Assembly: GCA_963784255.1 (NCBI GenBank) | Contig: CAWAQO010000009.1 | Span: 346,545 to 410,544, forward strand | Source of the DNA: an uncultured Acidimicrobiia bacterium | GTDB taxonomy: Bacteria > Actinomycetota > Acidimicrobiia > Acidimicrobiales > Ilumatobacteraceae | DNA: 64,000 bases | Direction of reading: 5' to 3' | Part shown: piece after piece, positions 46,312 to 55,467 of the stretch | How the letters are laid out: each line of letters begins with the position of its first letter | Position numbering within the stretch: position 1 is the stretch's first letter | The notes under the pieces: generated by a model | The model's input: the letters and a program-made list of their open reading frames with translations, nothing else | Database searches by the model: none | Told to the model about the DNA's origin: nothing | Made by a program: the position numbers and the translations under genes

Positions 46312-47193
46312 ATGGCGCTGCCCCAGCCCCCGATCCCGCAGACCGCGACGTGCTTCCGCCATCCCGGCCGCGAGGCCGGACGGCGCTGCACGCGCTGTGG
46401 GCGTCCGGCGTGCACCGAGTGCCTCGTGCAGGCCGCCGTGGGGAGCCATTGCGTGGAGTGCGCCAAGGCGGCCCGCCCCGACGTGCGGACCCGCGCCCGT
46501 TACTGGAGCGCTCGCCAGCCGACGCTCGTCACGTACGCCCTCATCTCCGTCAACGTCGGCCTGTTCATCTGGCTGGCGCTGCTCGACCCGGCCAGCCTCA
46601 CCGGCACCAACACCATCACCGGGCGTCCCTTCCCCGGCCCCGACGAGTTCGGGCAGTGGGACCTCGGCCTCGCCGCGCCGTTCCTGCAGAACGGCGAGTG
46701 GTACCGGCTGGTCACGGCCGGGTTCCTCCACTTCGGCATCATCCACCTCGCCCTGAACATGGTGCTGCTGTTCCAGCTCGGCCAGCTGCTCGAACCGGCG
46801 ATCGGGCGGATCCGCTTCGGGTTGCTCTACTTCGCCGCCCTGCTCGGAGGGTCGGCGGGCGCCCTGCTCGTGCAGCCCGACGCCTTCCACGGCGGCGCAT
46901 CGGGTGCCGTTTTCGGTCTGATGGGCGCGGCGTTCGTCGGCATGCGCAACCGCGGCGTCAACCCGTTCAGCACCGGTCTGGGCACGGTGCTGCTGATCAA
47001 CCTGCTGTTCACGTTCACCATCCCGGGGATCTCGATCGGCGGCCACATCGGGGGCATCGTCGGCGGCGCACTCGCCGGGTGGGTCGTGCTCTCGCCCCCG
47101 CACAGGCGGGTCCCGACGTGGGCGACCTACGCCGCGCCCGTCGCCGTGATCGTGCTGTCGGTGGTGGTGTCGGTCGTGATCACCCGCTCGTAA
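46312..47193 (+). CDS. Rhomboid family intramembrane serine protease with N-terminal Cys-rich zinc-finger-like segment
   Basis: ATG 46312 in ORF 46141..47193. It has CFRHPGREAGRRCTRCGRPACTEC...HCVEC, the rhomboid motifs ...FLHFGIIHLALNM... and GASGAVFGLMGA, and ...GGHIGG.... Confidence 0.88.
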   Translation: MALPQPPIPQTATCFRHPGREAGRRCTRCGRPACTECLVQAAVGSHCVECAKAARPDVRTRARYWSARQPTLVTYALISVNVGLFIWLALLDPASLTGTNTITGRPFPGPDEFGQWDLGLAAPFLQNGEWYRLVTAGFLHFGIIHLALNMVLLFQLGQLLEPAIGRIRFGLLYFAALLGGSAGALLVQPDAFHGGASGAVFGLMGAAFVGMRNRGVNPFSTGLGTVLLINLLFTFTIPGISIGGHIGGIVGGALAGWVVLSPPHRRVPTWATYAAPVAVIVLSVVVSVVITRS

Positions 47194-48043
47194 GGGCGTC
47201 GTCGAGCGCGGCCAGCGCCGCCGCGCCGTAGCCGCCGCCGAAGAGGATGGCGTGCACCAGCAACGGGGGCAGCTGGTACCAGGGCACCCGGGCGGGCCAC
47301 CCGTCGGCGAGCGGGAACGACTCCTGGTAGGCGGCGAAGGCGGCCTCGCCGAACCCGCCGAACAGCCGCATCATCGCCAGGTCGACCTCGCGGTGCCCCC
47401 ACGAGGCGGCCGGGTCGATCACCCAGTTGCGCCCGGCCCGGTCGACGAGGCGGTTGCCGGCCCACAGGTCGCCGTGCAGCAGCGCCGGCGGCTCGGGCGC
47501 TCCACAGAGCTCGTCGGCACGGACGGCGGCCTGCTCGACGAGGGCGAGGGCCCGGCGGTCCACACGGCCGAGCTCGACGGCGCGTCGCGCCAGCGGCCGC
47601 AGCCGGCGATCCACGAAGAACTCCGGCCAGGCGTCGGTCGGCGTGAGGTCGACGGGCTGCGAACCGAGGTAGCCCCCTGGCGCCGTGTCGAGCCCGCCGA
47701 AGTGCGGGCCGGTGGTGCGGTGGAGCGCGGCCAGCTCGCTCCCGAAGGCCTCGTCGGCACGGCGATCACGGCCGCCGCCGACCTCGATCCACGCCAGCAC
47801 CAGGCCGCTCGCGCCGGCGCGGAGCACCTCCGGCACGCCGACTGTGCCGGTCGCCCGGAGCGCGCCCAACCCGGCCGCCTCGCGCTCGAACAGCGCCGGC
47901 GGCGGCGCGGGGTGCGTCTTGGCGAACAGCGGGCCGTCGGGCGTGTCGAGGCGGAAGGCGTGGGCGATGTCACCGCCGCGCACCGGCGTCACGGCGCGGA
48001 CGTCCAGCCCGGCGACGAGCTCGGCGGGGAGCTCGGCGATCAC
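47180..48043 (-). CDS. Fructosamine/ketosamine-3-kinase family protein
   Basis: GTG 48043 forms a GTGA overlap with the upstream stop. It has ...LLHGDLWAGN... and ...VIDPAASWGHREVDLAM.... Confidence 0.88.
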   Translation of the reverse strand: MIAELPAELVAGLDVRAVTPVRGGDIAHAFRLDTPDGPLFAKTHPAPPPALFEREAAGLGALRATGTVGVPEVLRAGASGLVLAWIEVGGGRDRRADEAFGSELAALHRTTGPHFGGLDTAPGGYLGSQPVDLTPTDAWPEFFVDRRLRPLARRAVELGRVDRRALALVEQAAVRADELCGAPEPPALLHGDLWAGNRLVDRAGRNWVIDPAASWGHREVDLAMMRLFGGFGEAAFAAYQESFPLADGWPARVPWYQLPPLLVHAILFGGGYGAAALAALDDALTSG

Positions 48044-48468
48044 GACGCGGCGACCTGTGCGACCAGCTCGCGACAGGCCTGCTCGAGCACGTCGAACATC
48101 TCGGCGAACGCCGCCGGCGGCCGGCCGAACGGATCGGCGACGTCGAAGGCCACGATCTTGTCCCTCGCCGCGTCGTCCGGCGCCAGCCGCCACAGATCCC
48201 GCCGGTTGGACGCGTCCATCGCGACGACGAGGTCGAAGCGGTCGAAGTCGGCAGCGGTGAACTGCCGCGACCGGTGCTCGACCTCGACGCCGCGCCGGCG
48301 GCCCTCGGCCACGGTGTGCTGGTGGGCCTGCTCGCCCAAGTGGTGGTCGATCGTGCCCGCGGAGTCGACCTCGACCTCGATGCCGGCCTCCTCGGCGAGG
48401 TGGGCGAACACCGCCGCCGCCGCCGGCGAGCGGCAGATGTTGCCGAGGCACACGAAGCAGACGCGCAC
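48040..48468 (-). CDS. Low-molecular-weight protein-tyrosine phosphatase
   Basis: ORF 48040..48468 has the P-loop VCLGNICRSP (CX5R-S) and the DP motif ...VADPF.... Confidence 0.92.
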   Translation of the reverse strand: MRVCFVCLGNICRSPAAAAVFAHLAEEAGIEVEVDSAGTIDHHLGEQAHQHTVAEGRRRGVEVEHRSRQFTAADFDRFDLVVAMDASNRRDLWRLAPDDAARDKIVAFDVADPFGRPPAAFAEMFDVLEQACRELVAQVAAS

Positions 48469-48503
48469 GGCGGTCAGGATGGCACGACCTACCCTCTGGC
48501 GGC

Positions 48504-50063
48504 ATGAACGGGGCCGAGGCCATGATCCGCACGCTCGTGGATGCCGGCGTGACGACGTGCTTCACCAACCCGGGCACCAGCGAGATGCACTTCGTGGCCG
48601 CGCTCGACACCGTCCCCGGCGTGCGCGGCGTGCTCGCGCTGTTCGAGGGGGTGGCCACCGGCGCCGCCGACGGCTACGGCCGCATGACGGACCGGCCGGC
48701 GGCGACGTTGCTGCACCTCGGGCCCGGGCTCGGCAACGGGCTGGCCAACCTGCACAACGCCAGGCGGGCCGACACGCCGGTCGTCAACATCGTGGGTGAC
48801 CACGCCACGTACCACGCCCGCTTCGACGCGCCGTTGCAGTCGGACATCCACGCCATCGCCAGTGGCGTGTCGGACTGGATCGCCCGCCCCGAGCGGCCGG
48901 CCGAGCTGTGCCGGCTCACCGCCGAGGCGGTCGCCGCCGCCCGCCGGCCCCCTGGCCAGGTGGCCACCCTGATCCTGCCCGCCGACGTGTCGTGGAGCGA
49001 CGGCGCCGAACCGGAGCGCCCGCGGCCCGACGCCGAGCCTGCCGCGCCGGCCATCGAGGCCGTCGAGCGGGCGGCGAAGGCGCTGCGCTCGGGCGAGCCC
49101 GCCGTCGTGCTGCTCGGGGGGACGGCGCTGCGGCGCGAGGCCATCGAGGCCGCCGCCCGCGTCGCCGCCGGCACCGGCGCCAGGCTGCTCGCCGAGACGT
49201 TCGTCGCCCGCACCGAGCGCGGCGCCGGCATCCCGGCGGTCGAGAAGCTCGGCTACTTCGCCGAGCAGGCGGAGGCCCAGCTCGCCGGCGCCCGGCACCT
49301 CGTCCTCGTCGGCGCCCGCTCGCCGGCGTCGTTCTTCGCCTACCCGGGCAAGCCGAGCGACCTCGTGCCCGACGGCTGCGAGGTCCACGTGCTGGCCGCG
49401 CGCGGCGAGGACACGGCCGCCGGCCTTCGGGCCCTGGCCGAGCTCGCCGGAGCTGGTGACGCCGCGCCGCCGGTGCCGCCGCTGGAGCGGCCGGAACGGC
49501 CCGCCGGGACGCTGACCCCGGCGACCCTCGCCGCCGCGGTGGCCGCAGCGCTCCCCGAGGGAGCGATCGTCTCCGACGAGAGCGCCACGGCGAGCTTCTG
49601 GATGAGCGCGGCGACCGCCGGCGCACCACCGCACGACTGGCTGCAGCTCACCGGCGGGGCCATCGGCCAGGGCCTGCCGCTGGCCACGGGGGCGGCCGTC
49701 GCCTGCCCCGGCCGGCCCGTCCTCAGCCTCGAAGCCGACGGCTCGGCGATGTACACCATCCAGTCGCTGTGGACCCAGGCCCGGGAGTCGCTCGACGTGA
49801 CCACGGTCGTCGTGAACAACCGCTCGTACGCCATCCTCAACATCGAGCTCGCTCGGACCGGCGCCGGGGCCGGCGGGCGCCAGGCCCGCGACCTCCTGGA
49901 CCTGTCCCGGCCCGACCTCGACTTCGTCCTGCTGGCCGAGGGCATGGGCGTGCCGGCCGTCGCTGTGCACACGGCCGAGGAAGCCCTCGCCGCCATCGAG
50001 CGGGCCGTCGCCGAGCCCGGGCCGCACCTGATCGACGCGGTCATGGCGCCGACGGCCGGGTAG
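48504..50063 (+). CDS. Thiamine-diphosphate-dependent enzyme (acetolactate synthase large subunit-like)
   Basis: ORF 48504..50063 has ...NPGTSEMHFV...GYGRMT...LHLGPGLGNGLANL... and a C-terminal TPP motif ...LEADGSAMYTIQSLWT...NN. Confidence 0.88.
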   Translation: MNGAEAMIRTLVDAGVTTCFTNPGTSEMHFVAALDTVPGVRGVLALFEGVATGAADGYGRMTDRPAATLLHLGPGLGNGLANLHNARRADTPVVNIVGDHATYHARFDAPLQSDIHAIASGVSDWIARPERPAELCRLTAEAVAAARRPPGQVATLILPADVSWSDGAEPERPRPDAEPAAPAIEAVERAAKALRSGEPAVVLLGGTALRREAIEAAARVAAGTGARLLAETFVARTERGAGIPAVEKLGYFAEQAEAQLAGARHLVLVGARSPASFFAYPGKPSDLVPDGCEVHVLAARGEDTAAGLRALAELAGAGDAAPPVPPLERPERPAGTLTPATLAAAVAAALPEGAIVSDESATASFWMSAATAGAPPHDWLQLTGGAIGQGLPLATGAAVACPGRPVLSLEADGSAMYTIQSLWTQARESLDVTTVVVNNRSYAILNIELARTGAGAGGRQARDLLDLSRPDLDFVLLAEGMGVPAVAVHTAEEALAAIERAVAEPGPHLIDAVMAPTAG

Positions 50064-50083
50064 GCTGGGTGTGCTCGTACAAC

Positions 50084-50470
50084 GGGGCTGACAGGTTTCG
50101 ACGTCAGTATCGATGGGCGGGCTTGCGACCCGAGTTGCTCAGACTCGCTAAACGGGGCACCAAAAAGAATTGCCAAGACTGAGCAGTTCGCTGTCGCTGC
50201 CTGATTCCAGGTGACGTCAGCAAAATCGTGAGCAGCAATGTCACACGGGGCCGATCACCCGCAGCCCGGCAACAGAAGCGGGAGATGACGGTGGGAAAGA
50301 CCACTGACGGCCGGAAAGACGGCTGACACCCGGGAAAGACCGAGCGCGGACCACCGCTCGCGGTGGTCAACCGACCCGCCGGTGAGGTAGCGACAACCTC
50401 AGGGCCGGGAATGGTCGTATCGGGTTCGTGCAGCGGCTGATGGACGGGGGTTCGATTCCCCCCAGCTCCA
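50084..50470 (+). ncRNA. ssrA: tmRNA (ssrA)
   Basis: The 5' GGGGCTGACAGGTTTCGAC pairs with the 3' ...GGACGGGGGTTCGATTCCCCCCAGCTCCA (T-arm plus acceptor, G3:U70, CCA not encoded). The likely tag ORF GCC AAG ACT GAG CAG TTC GCT GTC GCT GCC TGA (50172..50204) encodes AKTEQFAVAA and follows an A-rich tract. Confidence 0.95.
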
Positions 50471-50567
50471 CTCGCGCGGAAGTGGCTGTCTACCAGGGAT
50501 TTACGGTCCCGCTGCGGTGGTCACGCAGTGGTCGGTCCAGGAATGATCGCGAGGTGCCGCCGTGAGG

Positions 50568-51209
50568 TCATCGGGTGAACGTGAGGTGGATGACGCCGCT
50601 GGGCGTCAAGACCGTCTCCAGGTCGTACTGCTGCTCCAACGCCTCCAGTCCGTCCCACAGCCGAACACCGCGGCCGAGCAGGATCGGCACCTGCACGACG
50701 TGCAGGTGGTCGACGAGACCGGCGGCGATGAACGCGCGCATCATGGTCGGGCCCCCGCCGATGCGGACGTCCTGACCGGCGGCCGCGTCCCGCGCCACGT
50801 CGAGTGCATCCGCTGGCGCGGCGTCGAGGAAGTGGAACGTCGTACCACCCTCCATCTCCAGCGCCGGGCGCGGACGGTGGGTCAGGACGTACGTCGGTGT
50901 GTGGAACGGCGGGTTGTCGCCCCACCACCCGCGCCACTCCGGGTCGTCCTGCCAGCCCGGAGGGCCGAACTTGCCCGCGCCCATGATCTCTGCACCGATC
51001 CCGGGTCCGTGCCGTTCGGCCATGGCGTCATCGACACCCTCGGTGCCGCCCGACTCGCCGAGGATTTCGCGGCGGGCGAACCGGGTTGCGAGCAGCCACT
51101 CGTGGAGCCGATGCCCGGCGTGGCCGAACGGCGTGTCGAGTGCCTGCCCCTCGCCGGTGGCGAACCCGTCGAGCGAGATCGAGAAGTTGTGGATGCGGAC
51201 GCGCGACAT
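50568..51209 (-). CDS. Dihydrofolate reductase family (RibD C-terminal domain) protein
   Basis: Tail of ORF 50568..51593 from ATG 51209 ([19 protein letters not shown]...IGGGPTMMRAFIAAGLVDHLHVVQVPILLG). Confidence 0.85.
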   Translation of the reverse strand: MSRVRIHNFSISLDGFATGEGQALDTPFGHAGHRLHEWLLATRFARREILGESGGTEGVDDAMAERHGPGIGAEIMGAGKFGPPGWQDDPEWRGWWGDNPPFHTPTYVLTHRPRPALEMEGGTTFHFLDAAPADALDVARDAAAGQDVRIGGGPTMMRAFIAAGLVDHLHVVQVPILLGRGVRLWDGLEALEQQYDLETVLTPSGVIHLTFTR

Positions 51210-51697
51210 CAGGCGACCCCGAGGTGGTGAGCGAGCTTCTGCATCGTCTGCAGACCGAGCTCGACAGCGCCGAAGCCGATGCCAGCATCTCGCAGCTCGA
51301 CGGTTGGGTGGAGCTGCCGCAGCGTCAACACCGTCTTTCCATCGGCTTGTTCGTCGAGGGTCAGCGTCACTCGGAACCGTGCCGGGTCGTCGTCGGTGTC
51401 GGAGCCGTGATCCAGCAACAGCCTCTCGACTGGAACGACTTCGAGGTAGTCGAACCGATTCGTGAACACCGTGCCGTCTCTGGAAACCATGTCGAAGCAC
51501 GCTCGACCTCCCGGGCGCACGTCCATCTCTCGGACAGTGCAGGTGAACCCATCGGGACCGAACCATTGGCAGAAGGCATCCGCATCGGTCCACGCCGCGA
51601 ACACCGCCTCGCGTGTGGCGTCAAGAACTCGAACGAGGACGATCTCACGATCGAGAGCCCACGTCGTCGGATCGGTGATGGACGGGGTACTGCTCAT
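51209..51697 (-). CDS. SRPBCC (AHSA1/START-like) domain protein
   Basis: ORF 51209..51697 has ...[32 protein letters not shown].... Its stop overlaps the downstream start by 1 nt. Confidence 0.85.
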   Translation of the reverse strand: MSSTPSITDPTTWALDREIVLVRVLDATREAVFAAWTDADAFCQWFGPDGFTCTVREMDVRPGGRACFDMVSRDGTVFTNRFDYLEVVPVERLLLDHGSDTDDDPARFRVTLTLDEQADGKTVLTLRQLHPTVELRDAGIGFGAVELGLQTMQKLAHHLGVA

Positions 51698-52059
51698 GGC
51701 TTCTCCAATGTCCGTGGGGATGCGGTTCGGTCAGATGTGCGCCGGAGGTGCGCATCGAGCCGGTCGAGACGGTGCTCCCACGCAGCTCGTGTGTGCTCGG
51801 CCCATGCGGCGATCTCGACCAGAGGCTCCGGCCGCAGCCGGCATGGCCGCCGTTGTCCGTCTCGGCCGCGACTGATCAGACCCGCCCGCTCGAGGACCTT
51901 CAGATGACGGGAGATGGCCGGGAGACTGATCGGGAACGGCTCGGCCAACTCGAGGACGGTTGCCTCACCATCGGCCAACCGACGCACGATCGAGCGCCGC
52001 GTCGGATCCGACAGGGCGGCGAAGACGACGTCGAACCGATCGGGGGCCGTCACGGTCAT
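51694..52059 (-). CDS. ArsR/SmtB family transcriptional regulator
   Basis: ORF 51694..52059 has [50 protein letters not shown]. Confidence 0.9.
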   Translation of the reverse strand: MTVTAPDRFDVVFAALSDPTRRSIVRRLADGEATVLELAEPFPISLPAISRHLKVLERAGLISRGRDGQRRPCRLRPEPLVEIAAWAEHTRAAWEHRLDRLDAHLRRTSDRTASPRTLEKP

Positions 52060-52108
52060 CGTTGCCGTCGCTCCTGCAGATACTTCACAGGTTGGTTATT
52101 TAACAGGG

Positions 52109-52196
52109 TGACTACATAAAGTCAAGGGCCGCTGCCCGCTGCGGTCGCCTCACACTCGGAGGGAGCAGGGAGGGCTTGACAATATTTACTGTCAAG
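52109..52196. promoter_or_regulatory. Divergent promoter region with two inverted repeats (candidate ArsR operators)
   Basis: The repeats are tgact-acataa-agtca (52109..52124) and cttgaca-atatttac-tgtcaag (52175..52196). They lie in an unusually AT-rich 144-nt gap between divergent ArsR-type genes. The second contains a TTGACA -35-like hexamer. Confidence 0.55.
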
Positions 52197-52203
52197 GCCT
52201 ATC

Positions 52204-52788
52204 TTGGGGTCCGTGGACGATGTTCGAGTGCTCGCTGACGCTGCCGCCGTGGAAGTGGCGCTCGATCCGATCCGGGCCTCGATCCTCGACGCGCTGACTG
52301 AACCGGGGTCGGCTGCCACGGTTGCGGCGGCGGTCGGGTCGACCCGTCAGAAGGTGAACTATCACTTGAAGGCGTTGGAGGCCCATGGGCTGGTCGAGTT
52401 GGCCGAGGAACGCGCGTGGGGCGGTATCACCGAACGATTCGTCCGTCGTTCAGCGCGCCACCTCGTTGTTGCTCCCGACGTGTTGCAGAGCGCTGCCATC
52501 GATCCGAACGAGGTCGCCGATCGTCTCTCGGCTGCGTATCTGATCGCGGTGAACGCTCGGACTGTGTCCGAGGTAGGGGCGATCGCCAGCAGCGCGGCGA
52601 CTGGAACGCGTCTGCCGACCCTGACCGTCGACACGGTGATCGGGTTCAGATCGCCTGAAGATCGTGCCGCGTTCGCTACCGACCTGCAATCAGCGGTCGC
52701 CGCGCTGGTCGCCCGATACCACCACGACGACGGGCGGCCGCACCGTCTGACCGTCTCGTCATATCCCCGACCCGAGGAGCCCTCGTGA
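52204..52788 (+). CDS. ArsR-like winged-helix transcriptional regulator with C-terminal extension
   Basis: ORF 52204..52788 (TTG start, with GTG 52213 as an alternative). It has LDPIRASILDALTEPGSAATVAAAVGSTRQKVNYHLKALEAHGLV. Confidence 0.85.
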   Translation: MGSVDDVRVLADAAAVEVALDPIRASILDALTEPGSAATVAAAVGSTRQKVNYHLKALEAHGLVELAEERAWGGITERFVRRSARHLVVAPDVLQSAAIDPNEVADRLSAAYLIAVNARTVSEVGAIASSAATGTRLPTLTVDTVIGFRSPEDRAAFATDLQSAVAALVARYHHDDGRPHRLTVSSYPRPEEPS

Positions 52789-53240
52789 CCAATCCCGACC
52801 AACCCGACCGTGTCGAACACCGGATGGAGCGCACCTATGAGGTGGCCGCTACTCCGGAACAGGTGTGGGACGCGATCGCAACTGCCGATGGGATCTCGGC
52901 CTGGATGGTACCGACCCGACTGGACCCGCAGATCGGTGGCGCAGTGTCGTTCGACGTCGGCAACTTCTGGTCGCACGGCATCGTCACCGATTACACACCC
53001 ACGAGGCGCTTCGCGTACGCAGAACCGTGGCCGACCACCGACCACGACCTGTCGTCGGTCACCCCGATCGCTACTGAGTTCCTCATCGAATCAGCGTCCG
53101 GCGGCAGTTGCGTGATCCGCGTCGTCACGAGTGCGTACGGCAGCGGAGCGGATTGGGAGAACGAGTTCTTCGCCGAAATGATCGCCGACGTGATCCCAAT
53201 GCTCGACAACCTCGCCACGCATTTCAACGAGGCGGCGTAG
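52785..53240 (+). CDS. SRPBCC domain protein
   Basis: ORF 52785..53240 overlaps the upstream stop. It has ...RTYEVAATPEQVWDAIATADGISAWM.... Confidence 0.85.
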   Translation: MTNPDQPDRVEHRMERTYEVAATPEQVWDAIATADGISAWMVPTRLDPQIGGAVSFDVGNFWSHGIVTDYTPTRRFAYAEPWPTTDHDLSSVTPIATEFLIESASGGSCVIRVVTSAYGSGADWENEFFAEMIADVIPMLDNLATHFNEAA

Positions 53241-53242
53241 CG

Positions 53243-53430
53243 ATTGGAACGCTGACGTCGGTCATCATGTCGACCGTCGACGGCTTCTACAAAGGACCCA
53301 ACGCCGAGTTCCATTTCTGAACCGAAGCTGGCGACGAGTTCGACACCTTCTCGACCGAGTACTCGACGCTGCCGACACGCTCGTGTTGGGCCGGGCCACC
53401 TCTGCGCGCATTGACCGGGACCGCTCGACG
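53243..53430 (+). pseudogene. Remnant of a RibD_C/DHFR-family gene (N-terminal fragment, stop + frameshift, 3' truncated)
   Basis: ...TSVIMSTVDGFYKGPNAEFHF then TGA. After a frame change the sequence reads ...LDAADTLVLGRATSARI.... This resembles the N-terminal 60-70 aa of the family (xSLDGFxAGPxGExDW...DTLLLGRxTY). The next gene starts at 53469. Confidence 0.55.
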
Positions 53431-53468
53431 GTCTCGACGTCACCGCAACACCGAGCAAGGAGAACCCG

Positions 53469-53897
53469 ATGAAGACCACCCCACACCCCACCCACCAAGA
53501 ACCGGTCGTGCAGTCCAACCAGCCGAGCACTCGCCGTCTTGTTCGAAGCGGTGCGCTCGCAGGCGCAATCGCTGCCGTCTGCACCACCGCCGTGGCAGCC
53601 ATCGCGAGCGCTGCCGATGTCAGTCTCGAAGTCAACGCCGAAGCCATTCCGATCCCCGCGTTCGCGTGGTGGACCCTCGTCGGTGCCGCCCTGGGCGTCG
53701 TGTTGGCCCGACTCCTTCGCGAGCGCCGACGGTTCGTCGTCGTCACCACAGTCGCCGCCGGCCTGTCGCTCATCCCAGCGATCGCAGCTCCCGACGACAC
53801 CGCCACCAAAGCCGTTCTCGTGGGGACCCACCTCCTCGCGGCGGCCATCATCATCCCGACTCTCAGCCTGCGGCTCCGCGTCAACAACGATCGCTGA
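53469..53897 (+). CDS. DUF6069-like small membrane protein
   Basis: ORF 53469..53897 is preceded by AAGGAGAA. It has four hydrophobic segments (GALAGAIAAVCTTAVAAIA..., WWTLVGAALGVVLA..., VVVTTVAAGLSLIPAI..., LLAAAIIIPTL). Confidence 0.6.
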   Translation: MKTTPHPTHQEPVVQSNQPSTRRLVRSGALAGAIAAVCTTAVAAIASAADVSLEVNAEAIPIPAFAWWTLVGAALGVVLARLLRERRRFVVVTTVAAGLSLIPAIAAPDDTATKAVLVGTHLLAAAIIIPTLSLRLRVNNDR

Positions 53898-53995
53898 CGG
53901 AGAGGCGACGGCACCGATCCCCGGCCAACAGCCGGGACTGTCACTGGCCTGACACGCTCAGCAACCCGCTCGGCGAGAAGGACCGGCGTTCCGCA

Positions 53996-55353
53996 TCACC
54001 AGCCGGGTACGGCATCGATCGCACCGCCGCGGATGGCGGCGACGAGTTCGGCGTGGTCGCGCCGGTTCTGGCGAGCGTAGGCACGAGCGAATCGGACCAT
54101 CGCCGTGGTGAACGACGCATTGCGGCCGAGGTAGGCGTCGATGGCGATGGCGTCGCCCGTCGTGGCGTGGGCTCGCGCCAGCGCTCGGCCGCACTTGAGC
54201 GCGAACTGGCCGAGCCAGGGCGCCACCTCCTCGCCGGAGGGGACCACCTTCATGTCGCGGAACTGGCGGACGTAGAGGTCGAGACCCTGGACGCGGGTCC
54301 AGCCGACGAAGATGTCGGTCGAGCTCTGGATGAAGCGCCGGCCGACAGTCACGCGCTGGCCATGGTTCGGGTAGCGGCTGGGTCCGAGGAACGCTTCGTA
54401 CACCGAGGGGCCGGCCTGCTTGATCTGCAGGAACAGCAGGTCGTCGGGGTGCGAACCCTGCAGCAGCACGAGGAACACCCGCATCCCGACGCTGCCCACC
54501 CCGACCACCTGGCGCAGGACGTCGACGAACGCGTAGCGGTCGAGCAGGTATCGCCGCTCCTCGGGCAGCGACGAGCGGTAGGCGGCGAAGACCTCGTCGA
54601 CGATCCCGTCGGTCCGGTCATCGCGAACCCGGAACGGTGGCGCCTCGACGAGGCGTCGGCGCCCGTCGACAACCTCCGTGAACTTCTTGGCGGCGCCGGT
54701 GTTGGTGCGCTTGCGGGCCTGCTTGTGAACCCAGGCCGCCCGGTCCTGGCGCTCTTCGGGGACGGCGACGTCGAGGAGGTCGTCGGCCGTGATCTGGTCG
54801 TACCAGATGTCGAGGAACGGGATGTCGGCATAGCGGCGCATGCGGGTGCGGTAGCCGTCGAGCGCGGCGTGCACGGCGGCCTCGCCCACCGCCGCGTCCG
54901 TGGCCACCTGATCCTCCGCCAGCACGTGCAGGCTGGCGGCCATCCGCATCACGTCCCATTCGAACGGCCCCGGCAGCGTCTCGTCGAAGTCACGGAGATC
55001 GAACGAGAGCTGCCGCTCCGGTGTTGCCCACAGCCCGAAGTTGAGGACGTGGGCATCGCCGCACAACTGCACCGTCAGCCCGCTGTGCGGCCGCGACGCC
55101 AGATCGGCAGCCATCACCGCTGCCGCACCACGGAAGTACGTCCACGGCGACGCAGCCATACGGCCGTGCCGGACCGGCACCAGCTCGGCGTCCCGCAAGG
55201 CGTTCTGCACCAGCACCGTTCCGAGGGCTTCGTGGCCGCGGCCGGCCTCGTCCCACGCGCCAGCGTCCTTGCGCGACAGGCGGTCGCGCGCCGCGCGCCG
55301 AACTCCCGGCTCTCCCGCTGGGTGGCGACAGGCCGGCTGATGGAGACGTCCAT
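53996..55353 (-). pseudogene. DUF2252 domain protein, frameshifted near the 5' end
   Basis: ORF 53996..55507 has ...LVPVRHGRMAASPWTYFRGAAAVMAADLA...VQLCGDAHVLNFG...FDLRDFDETLPGPFEWDVMR.... Codon bias indicates a start at ATG 55353 (MDVSISRPVATQRESREFGARR, the frame of ORF 55114..56352), joining at about 55288. Confidence 0.8.
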
Positions 55354-55467
55354 ACCGTGAGGATGGCAGTCGCCGCCCGGCGAAGCATCCCCACAGCGTC
55401 GCTCGGACCGTCCGGGTCGCAGCGCGGCCCCTTGCGCCAGACGTTTCGGCACGGGACGATTGGCGAG

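Noticed and set aside
50470-50600. A prophage or integrative element inserted at the tmRNA 3' end.
   Set aside because: No integrase, excisionase or phage genes follow ssrA. I found no second copy of the GGTTCGATTCCCC... tmRNA 3' segment anywhere downstream in the window.
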